This document shows, one piece after another, positions 43,127-51,236 of a DNA stretch of 54,180 nucleotides. The stretch lies in the IMG/VR virus record IMGVR_UViG_3300009073_000006, positions 1 through 54,180 of that record, one strand, 5' to 3'. A program made the translations under genes and the position numbers. The DNA comes from a virus. Position 1 is the stretch's first letter. Each line of letters begins with the position of its first letter. Below the pieces are notes generated by a model. The model saw only the letters and a list, made by a program, of their open reading frames with translations, ran no database searches and was not told the DNA's origin.

Positions 43127-44914
43127 TTATCCTCGTTCTTGCGGTATATCAAAATCAATCTTTTTCTTTTCACGCTTTAGCTTTGCTAGATAATTCTCGA
43201 TCTTTTCTGAAAGAGTATCACCTTTAATCAACTGACTGCGCAAAGCTTTCTTTACTGCGACGTTAGTCGTCAATAGAATAATATTATCCTGCGCACGCGT
43301 TACCGCTGTATATAGCATTTCCCTGTTTAACGCTTTAGCGTGGCTCGGATGCAATAGCACATAAACATTCCGCGCACTTGAACCTTGGGCGATATAAACA
43401 GTAATCCACCAACCAAGCTGCACGTTAGTAATCTGCGTTGACTGGTGCATCTGGATAAGATAATCCAACCCGTCTTTACTATCCTCTTCAAGATAATCAA
43501 ACTGCGTTTTAATGCTGTGACTGGCCATGCGTTTACGCGTGCCGTCCTCGTCTTCCGGCTCGTCAGGTAGTTCTTGTTGCCTACCAAAGCCTGTCAAGTT
43601 AAAGCTGCTAAGTTTTGCTTGCGTTGCCTTGTCGCGTTGCTGCTTTTCAAGATCAGTAACGGCTTTGTTTAGTTCGTCTTCTAAATCAAGTTTTTGTTGT
43701 TCAGACTGTAAACCAGTGTCACTAAACTTAGCCATGCCAGCGTTGAGATTAATCTCTTTTATCTCGCCACACATACCATTAGTCACGCCGATTTCATAAT
43801 CATTCTTTCGATTAACTACTCTATCACCAACCGCAAAGCGTTCAATACCGTGCATTGTTCGGATACTTTGCACAGGGTTATCTGGGTTTAAATACACCCT
43901 TGCTTTGACGTTAAGAACCTCTTGACCTAGCAAGCCTACGTTTTGCGGGGTAATTAACAGATCAAGGTCAGGATCATATCGACCCTCGTTATATTCTTTT
44001 TGAATAAAGTTAGTAACAAACCGTGAAGCTTCTAGTTCATCCTTTGGAATAGCAACCGCACGGAAGTTTTCGTTAATCGAGGGGTTGTCTCCCGTGCGGA
44101 TTTTGTTCGCGTTGTCGATTAAGTCACCGTCTTTTTGACGATAAATTGTCCTTAGTTCTTGAGTAGGCCATGAGTTGATTAGCAACGGAAAGCTTGGCGT
44201 GTCTAATACAGGCGTTAGCTGTGCTAAGTCACCAATGCAGATAATCCGGCAATCTTTGTCCAACGCTTCAAACAGTTTGCTTAACAGGCTCATACCTGCC
44301 ATAGATACCTCGTCGATAACTACAACATCAAAAGGCAACTGTTTGTCAGCATTGCGGCGAGGTATCATCACGCGTTTTTCAATAGGCTCGCCTACATAAT
44401 CCGCCTTGCGTTTTTCCACGTCGTCTTTTGTGGCTTTAACTTCGACAACGTCAGGACCGTAATCTAATAGCTTGTGAATTGTATAACAATAGGGCTTGTA
44501 AGCGTTATCCACGCTGCGCTGAATAGTATTGGCCGCTTTAGCTGTGAAAGCACAAATGCCGATTGATAATGATTTAGTGTTATGCTTTAAATGCTCTGGC
44601 GGTATACGGTTACGATCCATAAAGCTTTTCACAATGCCACGATCTGCTAACGTGCTGATAAGTTTCATGACAGTTGAGGTTTTACCCGTTCCCGCCGAAC
44701 CGACAATATTACAATACTGCGCACTACAACCTAACTCGACTGCCGCTAATTGGTCAGCGTCTAGTTTTAAATCTTTGCGGGTTGGTTCGCTGGGTTCTTC
44801 TGGTATCTCAATATCATCAACGATCTCTGTTTCAGGCATTGAGGCTAGTTTGTCGCGTTCGAGTTGTTCTGCTTTTTGTTTAGCTAGTGCTTTAGCTTTT
44901 TCCAGAAAATTCAT
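43127..44914 (-). CDS. SF1 RecD/Dda-like DNA helicase
   Basis: Walker A GSAGTGKTS, Walker B VVIDEVSMAG, motif III ICIGDLAQLTPV, motif V VYIAQGSSARNVYVLL, motif VI LYTAVTRAQDNIILL. Confidence 0.85.
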   Translation of the reverse strand: MNFLEKAKALAKQKAEQLERDKLASMPETEIVDDIEIPEEPSEPTRKDLKLDADQLAAVELGCSAQYCNIVGSAGTGKTSTVMKLISTLADRGIVKSFMDRNRIPPEHLKHNTKSLSIGICAFTAKAANTIQRSVDNAYKPYCYTIHKLLDYGPDVVEVKATKDDVEKRKADYVGEPIEKRVMIPRRNADKQLPFDVVVIDEVSMAGMSLLSKLFEALDKDCRIICIGDLAQLTPVLDTPSFPLLINSWPTQELRTIYRQKDGDLIDNANKIRTGDNPSINENFRAVAIPKDELEASRFVTNFIQKEYNEGRYDPDLDLLITPQNVGLLGQEVLNVKARVYLNPDNPVQSIRTMHGIERFAVGDRVVNRKNDYEIGVTNGMCGEIKEINLNAGMAKFSDTGLQSEQQKLDLEDELNKAVTDLEKQQRDKATQAKLSSFNLTGFGRQQELPDEPEDEDGTRKRMASHSIKTQFDYLEEDSKDGLDYLIQMHQSTQITNVQLGWWITVYIAQGSSARNVYVLLHPSHAKALNREMLYTAVTRAQDNIILLTTNVAVKKALRSQLIKGDTLSEKIENYLAKLKREKKKIDFDIPQERG

Positions 44915-44974
44915 AATTGATAACTCCGCTTTTGCATGGCTGTAGCTGGTATTTTAGCACAGCCTTTTACACTG

Positions 44975-45238
44975 TCAAGACGCGTTTACAAGGTCAGGCA
45001 GATCATTTTCGTCTACGTCGTCCTTGGCATATGTGACAACAATGCGCTTATTCCGCATAGCCCAATGGCAATGTTTAGCAAGCTTTGCTCGACCCTCTTT
45101 TGTGTTCACGTTAACAACGAAAGCTTTTTCTGGTTCATCGTTATCTTCGGAAATTTGCCTGTCAACGTGATAAGTTTCTACGATGATATACCAAGGCTGG
45201 TTATGCGGGATAATGCGATTTTGATTGTTTGAAGTCAT
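44975..45238 (-). CDS. hypothetical protein
   Basis: 87 aa. TAATG overlap with the upstream gene. Confidence 0.5.
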   Translation of the reverse strand: MTSNNQNRIIPHNQPWYIIVETYHVDRQISEDNDEPEKAFVVNVNTKEGRAKLAKHCHWAMRNKRIVVTYAKDDVDENDLPDLVNAS

Positions 45239-45438
45239 TATTTAGTTCCTTTGAGAAGTTTCATTATAGAAACGAAAGTTACAGTGATTAAAAACAATGA
45301 AACCCCCGCGCCGCTTAATCCCACGGCAGCCTCGCCTAACCATGAGTCGTCTGTAACTACCGCAACTATGAACAACGGAATTGAGCCTAGCATTAAGCAT
45401 AAAGATACATCCAGACTTGTTGTTATATACTTTTGCAT
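45238..45438 (-). CDS. small membrane protein (two TM segments)
   Basis: 66 aa with an AAGGAA RBS. Hydrophobic stretches LCLMLGSIPLFIVAVV and AAVGLSGAGVSLFLITVTFV. Confidence 0.55.
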   Translation of the reverse strand: MQKYITTSLDVSLCLMLGSIPLFIVAVVTDDSWLGEAAVGLSGAGVSLFLITVTFVSIMKLLKGTK

Positions 45439-45459
45439 TATTTAGTTCCTTAGTCAAAT

Positions 45460-45596
45460 GTTAATGGAAAGAGGTTAGTGTTGACAACGTATTTTTCGCG
45501 GCCAAGACTGACCAGAGGGAAGGCATCGCCTGACCGTGGGCAAAGCCCAGCCGCTAAAAACTTGGTTGTCAATATTAACCGCAAGGTTCCATTAAC
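45460..45596 (+). repeat. intergenic palindromic element, copy C (antisense to flanking genes)
   Basis: 137 bp. Outer stem GTTAATGGAA/TTCCATTAAC, left arm GGTTAGTGTTGACAACGTATTTTTCGCGG, right arm AACTTGGTTGTCAATATTAACCGCAAGGTTCC. Confidence 0.85.
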
Positions 45597-45605
45597 CATT
45601 TACGG

Positions 45606-45800
45606 TTAATATATTTCCTCAACTGTAGTTCTAAACAGCTTTGGGTTTCCTCTTGGTCGCTGAATTAGTGTATTAAATTGATATTTTCCATCTACTTTAT
45701 TTAAAGGCCCTGCTTCTGACGTTATTTTTGCAACTTCTTCTGCTGCGGTTAAACTTTCATACATTAATGCTTCTGCAAATCTTTTATGCGGCTTTGACAT
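45606..45800 (-). CDS. hypothetical protein
   Basis: 64 aa with a GGAAGAAAG RBS. Confidence 0.5.
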   Translation of the reverse strand: MSKPHKRFAEALMYESLTAAEEVAKITSEAGPLNKVDGKYQFNTLIQRPRGNPKLFRTTVEEIY

Positions 45801-45820
45801 TATCTTTCTTCCTTTTTAGT

Positions 45821-46027
45821 TTACGATTTATTTAACGCTTCAACCTTATCTCTGATAACCCTCAAAGATTGTTCTACTAGTATTTTATGACCACTAGTTA
45901 AACAAACTTCAACGCACATACTTCCATTGTAATCTGCTACGCTCAACACATTCATATGCGCAACAAAAACAATACAAGGTGTTGTAGTTATCGCGTTAGT
46001 TAATGTTATGGTTCTTAAATCAGCCAT
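45821..46027 (-). CDS. hypothetical protein
   Basis: 68 aa with an AAGGAAAAG RBS. Confidence 0.5.
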   Translation of the reverse strand: MADLRTITLTNAITTTPCIVFVAHMNVLSVADYNGSMCVEVCLTSGHKILVEQSLRVIRDKVEALNKS

Positions 46028-46087
46028 TATCTTTTCCTTTTTAGTTTACGGTTTGTGTTTAGTTAAACAATATTATCGCCCATTAAA

Positions 46088-47047
46088 TCAATCGTCCATC
46101 ATGTTTAAAAATTCATCCGCTAAATCTTGCAACTCCGCAACCTTGTCTAGTTTCTGTTTCTTAATCACACTAGCCAAATGCACACTGCGTTGCATAAAGT
46201 TAACTTCTCTCCCTAACAACGCGTTCATAGGTTGTTTAGCTAACCCTCGTAACGCATTATCAATCCGATTTTCGTTAATTGTCAAAACTTGCTGGGCGCG
46301 ATTTTGTAGTTCTTCACTAGTCTCGCTCACATCATTATCTAACTGCAAACAAAACCCGTCAACTAAGTTAGCCAAAACCTCACCAACCCATTGTAATACT
46401 GTATCAACAGTATTCAAATCCTTATTACTGTTAAAAACAAACCCACTCAACCTTTCCGTGGCTTTTTTACTAATTAACTGATTTTCAACTTTCAAACTCA
46501 ACTCAATAACATTAACCAAACTCGCTAATTCATCAAATTCCTTTTGCATCAAACTCGCATAAAGCTTTGCTTTAAACTGCCTAAAAGCTTGCTCGCTTTC
46601 AATCGTCGCGCTAACTGGTCCTTTATTCCCAACGTTATTCTGATACTTTCTACAAAGTTGTCCTAACAAATAAACCGCATAACCAACAGGCTCTTTCGCG
46701 GCTAGTTTCTCAAGATCATCATAACCCGTTCTTATCCACTGCGGCGAGATATTGCTTGCATTTTCGTCACTACAAAACCCCAACCCAAAAACTTGCCCTG
46801 ACTTTGCACAATAAACAACACTCTGCGCTAACTCAGGGTGTTCATTAGTATCCCTAACCGCAAGCTGTTCTGCGATTAACGTTAACCTGCTTTTATTTAA
46901 CTCAACTTCACTAGCCAACGCGATCAAACTATCATCACTCACTACTTCTGCAATCTGGATAATCTTTGCCAAGCTTTCCCAGCTATGTGCCTTGGACGGT
47001 TTTGTTCTGCGTTTAGCTGCGTCGTTAACCTTATCAAATTCGCTCAT
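46088..47047 (-). CDS. hypothetical all-alpha protein, first gene downstream of the iteron region
   Basis: 319 aa with an AGGGAA RBS. Preceded by a sigma70-like promoter at 47089..47116. Confidence 0.55.
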   Translation of the reverse strand: MSEFDKVNDAAKRRTKPSKAHSWESLAKIIQIAEVVSDDSLIALASEVELNKSRLTLIAEQLAVRDTNEHPELAQSVVYCAKSGQVFGLGFCSDENASNISPQWIRTGYDDLEKLAAKEPVGYAVYLLGQLCRKYQNNVGNKGPVSATIESEQAFRQFKAKLYASLMQKEFDELASLVNVIELSLKVENQLISKKATERLSGFVFNSNKDLNTVDTVLQWVGEVLANLVDGFCLQLDNDVSETSEELQNRAQQVLTINENRIDNALRGLAKQPMNALLGREVNFMQRSVHLASVIKKQKLDKVAELQDLADEFLNMMDD

Positions 47048-47088
47048 ATTCCCTGCCTTTACAACTCTTTTATGGTCTTCGCACGGCT

Positions 47089-47116
47089 ATTCTATCAGCT
47101 ATCTCGCGCGTTGCAA
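47089..47116 (-). promoter_or_regulatory. sigma70-like promoter for the middle/replication operon
   Basis: The minus strand reads TTGCAA, a 16-nt spacer, then TAGAAT. The -10 lies about 40 nt upstream of ATG 47047, and the -35 abuts iteron cluster 1. Confidence 0.5.
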
Positions 47117-47121
47117 GCCTT

Positions 47122-47657
47122 AAATTACATAAAATTACGTCAAAATTACACCAAAATTACACACTTTTTCACACTCACCCCCCTATGACCCTCGTTTTCA
47201 CGAAATCACTAGTTAACCTACACTTTTACACCCTATTTATGTCGATTATTGAGTTTAACCTGCTATTCAGCGTGGTTTTAGTGGTCCGCGAGATAACCCT
47301 TGGCAGTTTTTTGGGGTTCAATAAATTTTGTAATGTTATGTAATTCTCTGTAATTTATTAAGTTTATACCTTTAACATACCTCTTTAACACGCTTTTTGC
47401 GAAGCGCTTAAATGCTTAGTTAACTTGTTAGCCCGCACACCTAAAATTAACAAATTACACACAATTACATAACATGACAGGCTTAATTTACTACCCCCAA
47501 ACCTACGATCTACCCCTGTTTTGGCTGTAAACACTACTGTTTTTGCCCTAAAAGGGGGTTCAAATGCGGGTTTAACGCGTTATTTGGTGAAATATAGGGT
47601 CATAGGGGGCGGAGGGGTCTCAGAAACGTGTAATTCTGGTGTAATTCTCTGTAATTC
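47122..47657. repeat. four clusters of phased 8-nt iterons (AAATTACA / TGTAATTT), 13 copies
   Basis: Cluster 1 (+) starts at 47122, 47132, 47143, 47154. Cluster 2 (-) starts at 47329, 47339, 47349. Cluster 3 (+) starts at 47444, 47452, 47462. Cluster 4 (-) starts at 47629, 47640, 47650. Spacing is mostly 10-11 bp (one 8-bp interval in cluster 3). Confidence 0.85.
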
Positions 47658-48005
47658 TTGCCGTGAGCGCCTCATAGAACGCGGTTAGCCTCTGAACCAC
47701 CCTATGATCTAGCTTTTGCCCTAGCTGCGTTGTGTGAGGCTATTTTCGCGGTCCTTGCACGATCTATGCACGATCTAGGCCAGACATTGCCCCAGCCCTG
47801 TCCTCCGACACGGCAATCTTGAATTACACAAAATCAAACTTTTAACTTTTGGGATAAGCTTTCACTACTTCGCATTTTTGGCTTTGAATATTCTCTTTTT
47901 ATTAGTGTTTTCAATAACTTTAAACAAACTAGTGTTGAGTGATCTTAAAACTTAATTATGTAACTTTTGGTGTGTTTTTTCACTACCTCAAACCGCTTTT
48001 TACAC

Positions 48006-48038
48006 ACAAAAAAGGCGACTAACCTAAGCCAGCCGCCT
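48006..48038 (-). terminator. rho-independent terminator ending the early operon
   Basis: The minus-strand RNA reads GGCGGCU GGCUUAGGUU AGUCGCC followed by UUUUUUGUGUGU. It lies 30 nt after the stop of gene 48069. Confidence 0.6.
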
Positions 48039-48068
48039 AATCTTGTTTTTCTTTATCGCTTTGCGATA

Positions 48069-48902
48069 TTAGTCAAAATCAATATCCTCGATAATAACAT
48101 CGCCAGCCTCGGCTTGATCATTCCGCGTAGCTTTCCACGCTTCAAGCTGTGCTAGTTCTTTCTCTAGATCAAGCGTTTCTGGATCTTTACTGTCAGGCTT
48201 GGGCTTGTATTCGTTCTTTACATAGTCCGTGATCTTGCTTTCCAGAACTGCAATGATCTTTTCCCACAATTCATTTGGCAAACTAGGGTGTTGCGCCTCT
48301 GCCAAGTTAGCATCGGCAAGACACGCTTTCAACGCGTTCATATCAAACGAGATACTAACACCCTTGTTCCGGTACGCAGCGTTAAGCGATTTAATAACAT
48401 CAGGCGCAACTGCACGAAACGCACGCGTTGCCATACGCTTTTTGCCACTAGAAACACCACTACGCGCGCCAGTGATCAACCCACCGATATCCTGCGGCAA
48501 TGCAAACACTGGGCTAGACTTTAACGCGCCACGTGCCATTGCGCCGATCTTACGCGAGAAACTTGCAAGCAAACTATCGGCAACAAATTCGCGGCCTTTT
48601 TCGCTTTCCATCATCTTGTCAAGGTCTGGCAACTGGTAAACAAACACGCGTGGCTTGTCCTCATAAGTCCCCGCATCACGCCGATCAATAAACACTGACC
48701 AACCCTCTTGCAAAGACTCCATATCATTGACCAAACTAAATAGCGACTTTTCGTCCAACCCTTCCATAGCGTCTGCCATAGCGCCGGACATTTCCTCACC
48801 GTTGTCTTCTTTGATATCATTATAACTAAACACCTGCGGATAATTCACGCTCGTGGTCGCGCTTGTCTCTGCGGTGTCTTCACTTGTGTTTTCGTTTGTC
48901 AT
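48069..48902 (-). CDS. hypothetical protein with highly acidic termini
   Basis: 277 aa with an AAGGG RBS. Last gene of the early operon. Confidence 0.55.
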   Translation of the reverse strand: MTNENTSEDTAETSATTSVNYPQVFSYNDIKEDNGEEMSGAMADAMEGLDEKSLFSLVNDMESLQEGWSVFIDRRDAGTYEDKPRVFVYQLPDLDKMMESEKGREFVADSLLASFSRKIGAMARGALKSSPVFALPQDIGGLITGARSGVSSGKKRMATRAFRAVAPDVIKSLNAAYRNKGVSISFDMNALKACLADANLAEAQHPSLPNELWEKIIAVLESKITDYVKNEYKPKPDSKDPETLDLEKELAQLEAWKATRNDQAEAGDVIIEDIDFD

Positions 48903-48996
48903 GTTATTAACCCTTTCAAGGTTTGCTGATTATCTGCGAATTGACCTGATTGCCTTTTCGCTAAAATGATCCTGACATAGTATCCTACAAATAACA

Positions 48997-49037
48997 ATAG
49001 CCTGATTAGCTTTTTATCACTAATCAGGCTATTTTTT
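48997..49037. terminator. 13-bp perfect hairpin, bidirectional terminator-like
   Basis: ATAGCCTGATTAG, 10-nt loop, CTAATCAGGCTAT. T6 follows on the plus strand and UGUUAUUUG follows on the minus strand. Confidence 0.55.
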
Positions 49038-49066
49038 CAATCGTGTTGTTTTGTTGTTTTGTTGTT

Positions 49067-49339
49067 TTAGTTGTATTCACCTTTCAACAGTTTCTTATGA
49101 CGTTGTTTCCTTTCTTCCATCTTTCTCAGCAACTCAAGCATCGCTCGCAACTGACCATAAACCTCGGGCTTTGATCCGCGATCAATATAACTTAAATCTC
49201 CCCCCGTTTGCGTATCGCTAACACGGTACAGGTTATTGCTTCGATAAAACACTAAATCAAACCCCGTCTTATCCGCTAACCTGCGTGTCAACGTTTCGCA
49301 ATCCTTAACCGTCACGCGGTTACTTTGCTCGCTTGTCAT
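49067..49339 (-). CDS. hypothetical protein
   Basis: 90 aa with an AAGGA RBS. Confidence 0.5.
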   Translation of the reverse strand: MTSEQSNRVTVKDCETLTRRLADKTGFDLVFYRSNNLYRVSDTQTGGDLSYIDRGSKPEVYGQLRAMLELLRKMEERKQRHKKLLKGEYN

Positions 49340-49366
49340 CTATCTTATCCTTTCATTGCTTTATTG

Positions 49367-49753
49367 TTAAGCTATTGACCATTCGTAATCGTCAACAGTC
49401 ATGACACTTTCAAAACCGTCATATTCATCTATACGGTATCTGATACCCTTTTCTATCTCGACAACGCGCAATGCTGCGCACGTTCCGTCTGCGGCTTCAC
49501 CTAACTTTTCTACAACCGCAACTAAATCAACATCTTTTCTATCTTTGAAAAAGTCACGCTTACATAACATCCCTTTTTTGCCTGATACTCCTTTTCTGCT
49601 GTAATTATCTGCAAACGTAGAACCGATTTCTTTTCTGTCCCATTTAATGCCTTTAAGATCAAGCAAAGCCTCAAACGCAACATCAGATATCCCAAACCCG
49701 CCATAACACGCGTTATAAACGATCTTTGTTTTTTCTGTTTCATTAGTCATCAT
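49367..49753 (-). CDS. hypothetical protein
   Basis: 128 aa with an AAGGGA RBS. Contains the motif YNACYGGFGIS. Confidence 0.5.
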   Translation of the reverse strand: MMTNETEKTKIVYNACYGGFGISDVAFEALLDLKGIKWDRKEIGSTFADNYSRKGVSGKKGMLCKRDFFKDRKDVDLVAVVEKLGEAADGTCAALRVVEIEKGIRYRIDEYDGFESVMTVDDYEWSIA

Positions 49754-49754
49754 C

Positions 49755-49976
49755 TTATCCCTTCACTATTTTCTCATTATCAAACCAGCCCGCAAGGCCG
49801 CTCACAATCTCACTAAACCACACACACACAACAAACAGAACAACTAACCCTACTACCGCAAGCATATCCTCAAGCACTTCCCTCTCCGCTTGCTTGCGCT
49901 CTTTTTTGCTTTCAATAGTCCGCATATCGATTCCTAACTTTTCATATTCGTTATTGTTGTCCATATCTTTAATCAT
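49755..49976 (-). CDS. small membrane protein
   Basis: 73 aa. ATGA overlap with the upstream gene. TM segment VVGLVVLFVVCVWF. Confidence 0.5.
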   Translation of the reverse strand: MIKDMDNNNEYEKLGIDMRTIESKKERKQAEREVLEDMLAVVGLVVLFVVCVWFSEIVSGLAGWFDNEKIVKG

Positions 49977-50209
49977 CTTTCTTTTTCTGCTACTGTTAAA
50001 TTGTTGTGTAGTTTTGCTATAGCATTAGCTTGCCTTAACTCATCTGCACGTCTTAATCCTCTCGCGTTGCCTGCGTTGTCAAAATACTCACTATCTTGCA
50101 CTCTGCCCGCTCTATTGCACCACAAGGTTACAAAACCCGACTTTCCTGTAATTCTAACCTCTTTCAAAACATAGTCACCGTTTCTGCCGTTTGTTACCTT
50201 ATACATCAT
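49973..50209 (-). CDS. hypothetical protein
   Basis: 78 aa with an AAGGAAAG RBS. Confidence 0.5.
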   Translation of the reverse strand: MMYKVTNGRNGDYVLKEVRITGKSGFVTLWCNRAGRVQDSEYFDNAGNARGLRRADELRQANAIAKLHNNLTVAEKER

Positions 50210-50284
50210 CTTTCCTTTTCTTTCATTAAACTATCTTATGACGCAACCCCGCAGGGTTACGCTTTAAGCTAGTTTATTGTTTTT

Positions 50285-50557
50285 TTATCTACTCAACAAC
50301 TCTGCAAGGCTCTTTTTTACGATACTCTTACTGCAAGCACCGCTTAAAGGCAGCGCGTCTCTAGTTTCAAATAGTAACGCGGTCCAAGCTGGCATAGAGA
50401 CAACCCACGCAACATGCCCCATGTCTTGCAAATCCCTAACATGCTCTTTTGCTTGCTCGCTACCTTCCTTGTCATGATCAAACTCTATATCATAACCATC
50501 GTTAGTAAACACAACTAGTCTAAGCTTTTTTAGCTTGTCTTTGTTACTACCTTGCAT
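50285..50557 (-). CDS. hypothetical protein
   Basis: Start trimmed to ATG 50557 (MQGSNKDKL), just after the upstream stop. 90 aa. Confidence 0.45.
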   Translation of the reverse strand: MQGSNKDKLKKLRLVVFTNDGYDIEFDHDKEGSEQAKEHVRDLQDMGHVAWVVSMPAWTALLFETRDALPLSGACSKSIVKKSLAELLSR

Positions 50558-50558
50558 A

Positions 50559-50708
50559 TTAATACCCCGCCCAAGCGCGTAGCTCTTTAAAGTCATTAAA
50601 AACCCGTGTTTCGCCATCTTCTAATTCATGCCTCACCACAACGTTTCCTTTGCTGCTACCTAAGTACCAATCATGAGCCATTGCCCATTGAATTTGCTGA
50701 TTAGTCAT
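50559..50708 (-). CDS. hypothetical protein, first early gene
   Basis: Start trimmed to ATG 50708 (MTNQQIQW) with GAGGA 8 nt upstream. 49 aa. Confidence 0.45.
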   Translation of the reverse strand: MTNQQIQWAMAHDWYLGSSKGNVVVRHELEDGETRVFNDFKELRAWAGY

Positions 50709-51145
50709 TGTCGTGTCCTCTCGTTTGATTAACTCGTGCCATATCCCTTGCACATATCTGCACTAACGGTCAAGTATTTTGTTTGTTGAATGTCGCACTA
50801 ATGAAAAACAAATATACATATGTGACATATACCACACACTATACCATCGCCTATAGCCTTGCTCATTGGGTGATAGGGTAGTGTGGCGTTATTTGGTGGA
50901 CGACAATGGACGATCTAAAACGTTATAGATGGTGATTAGCTTGCTATGTGGGGTAATATGGTAGTGCTTGAGGGTTTTAGTCAGGAATTAAAGGGGGGGG
51001 GTATACCCCATTTTTGAGTTGGTCGCGTTTGCTATATAAAGACAACCTTACAAAAAAAATTAACAAAAACAAAATAGTGAAATTTAAAGTATGACGAGTT
51101 AGTGTTGGGTTTGGTGAAGAATTTTAAAATTGAGTTAATTCGCCT

Positions 51146-51236
51146 CGCGCGCGCGTGCGCGATAAGTATGATGTGAAGGGTGTGAGAGAGGGTGTGAGAG
51201 AGGGAGAGGGGGGGGGAAGGGGTAGCTAGGGGGCGG
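51146..51236 (+). repeat. (CG)n tract, 12-nt tandem repeat and G-run cluster
   Basis: CGCGCGCGCGTGCGCG at 51146..51161. GGGTGTGAGAGA twice at 51178..51201. G-runs GGG, G9, GGGG and GGGGG between 51202 and 51233. Confidence 0.9.

Noticed and set aside
45481-45520. TTGACA/TTGACT in the left arms of the palindromic elements as sigma70 -35 boxes.
   Set aside because: At a 17-nt spacing the candidate -10 hexamers (AAGACT, AATAGA, AAAAAG) are poor and not conserved between copies.
47545-47580. tRNA-like T-loop sequence GGGGGTTCAAATGCGGG in the ORF-free region.
   Set aside because: The flanking 5-mers are not complementary, and no acceptor or anticodon stems can be drawn. It is not a tRNA.
47122-47657. 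Repeat clusters considered as a CRISPR array or a toxIN-like RNA repeat.
   Set aside because: The repeat unit is only about 8 nt with a 10-11 nt period, in both orientations. It has no 25-40 nt repeats or spacers.
47658-47680. Mirror-image promoter TTGCCG-N11-TAGAAC on the plus strand.
   Set aside because: An 11-nt spacer is incompatible with sigma70 recognition. It is kept only as evidence of the inverted duplication.
51015-51045. Late promoter TTGAGT-N13/15-TATATA/TATAAA in the divergent region.
   Set aside because: The spacer is too short for a canonical sigma70 promoter, and there is no supporting conservation. It was left unannotated.
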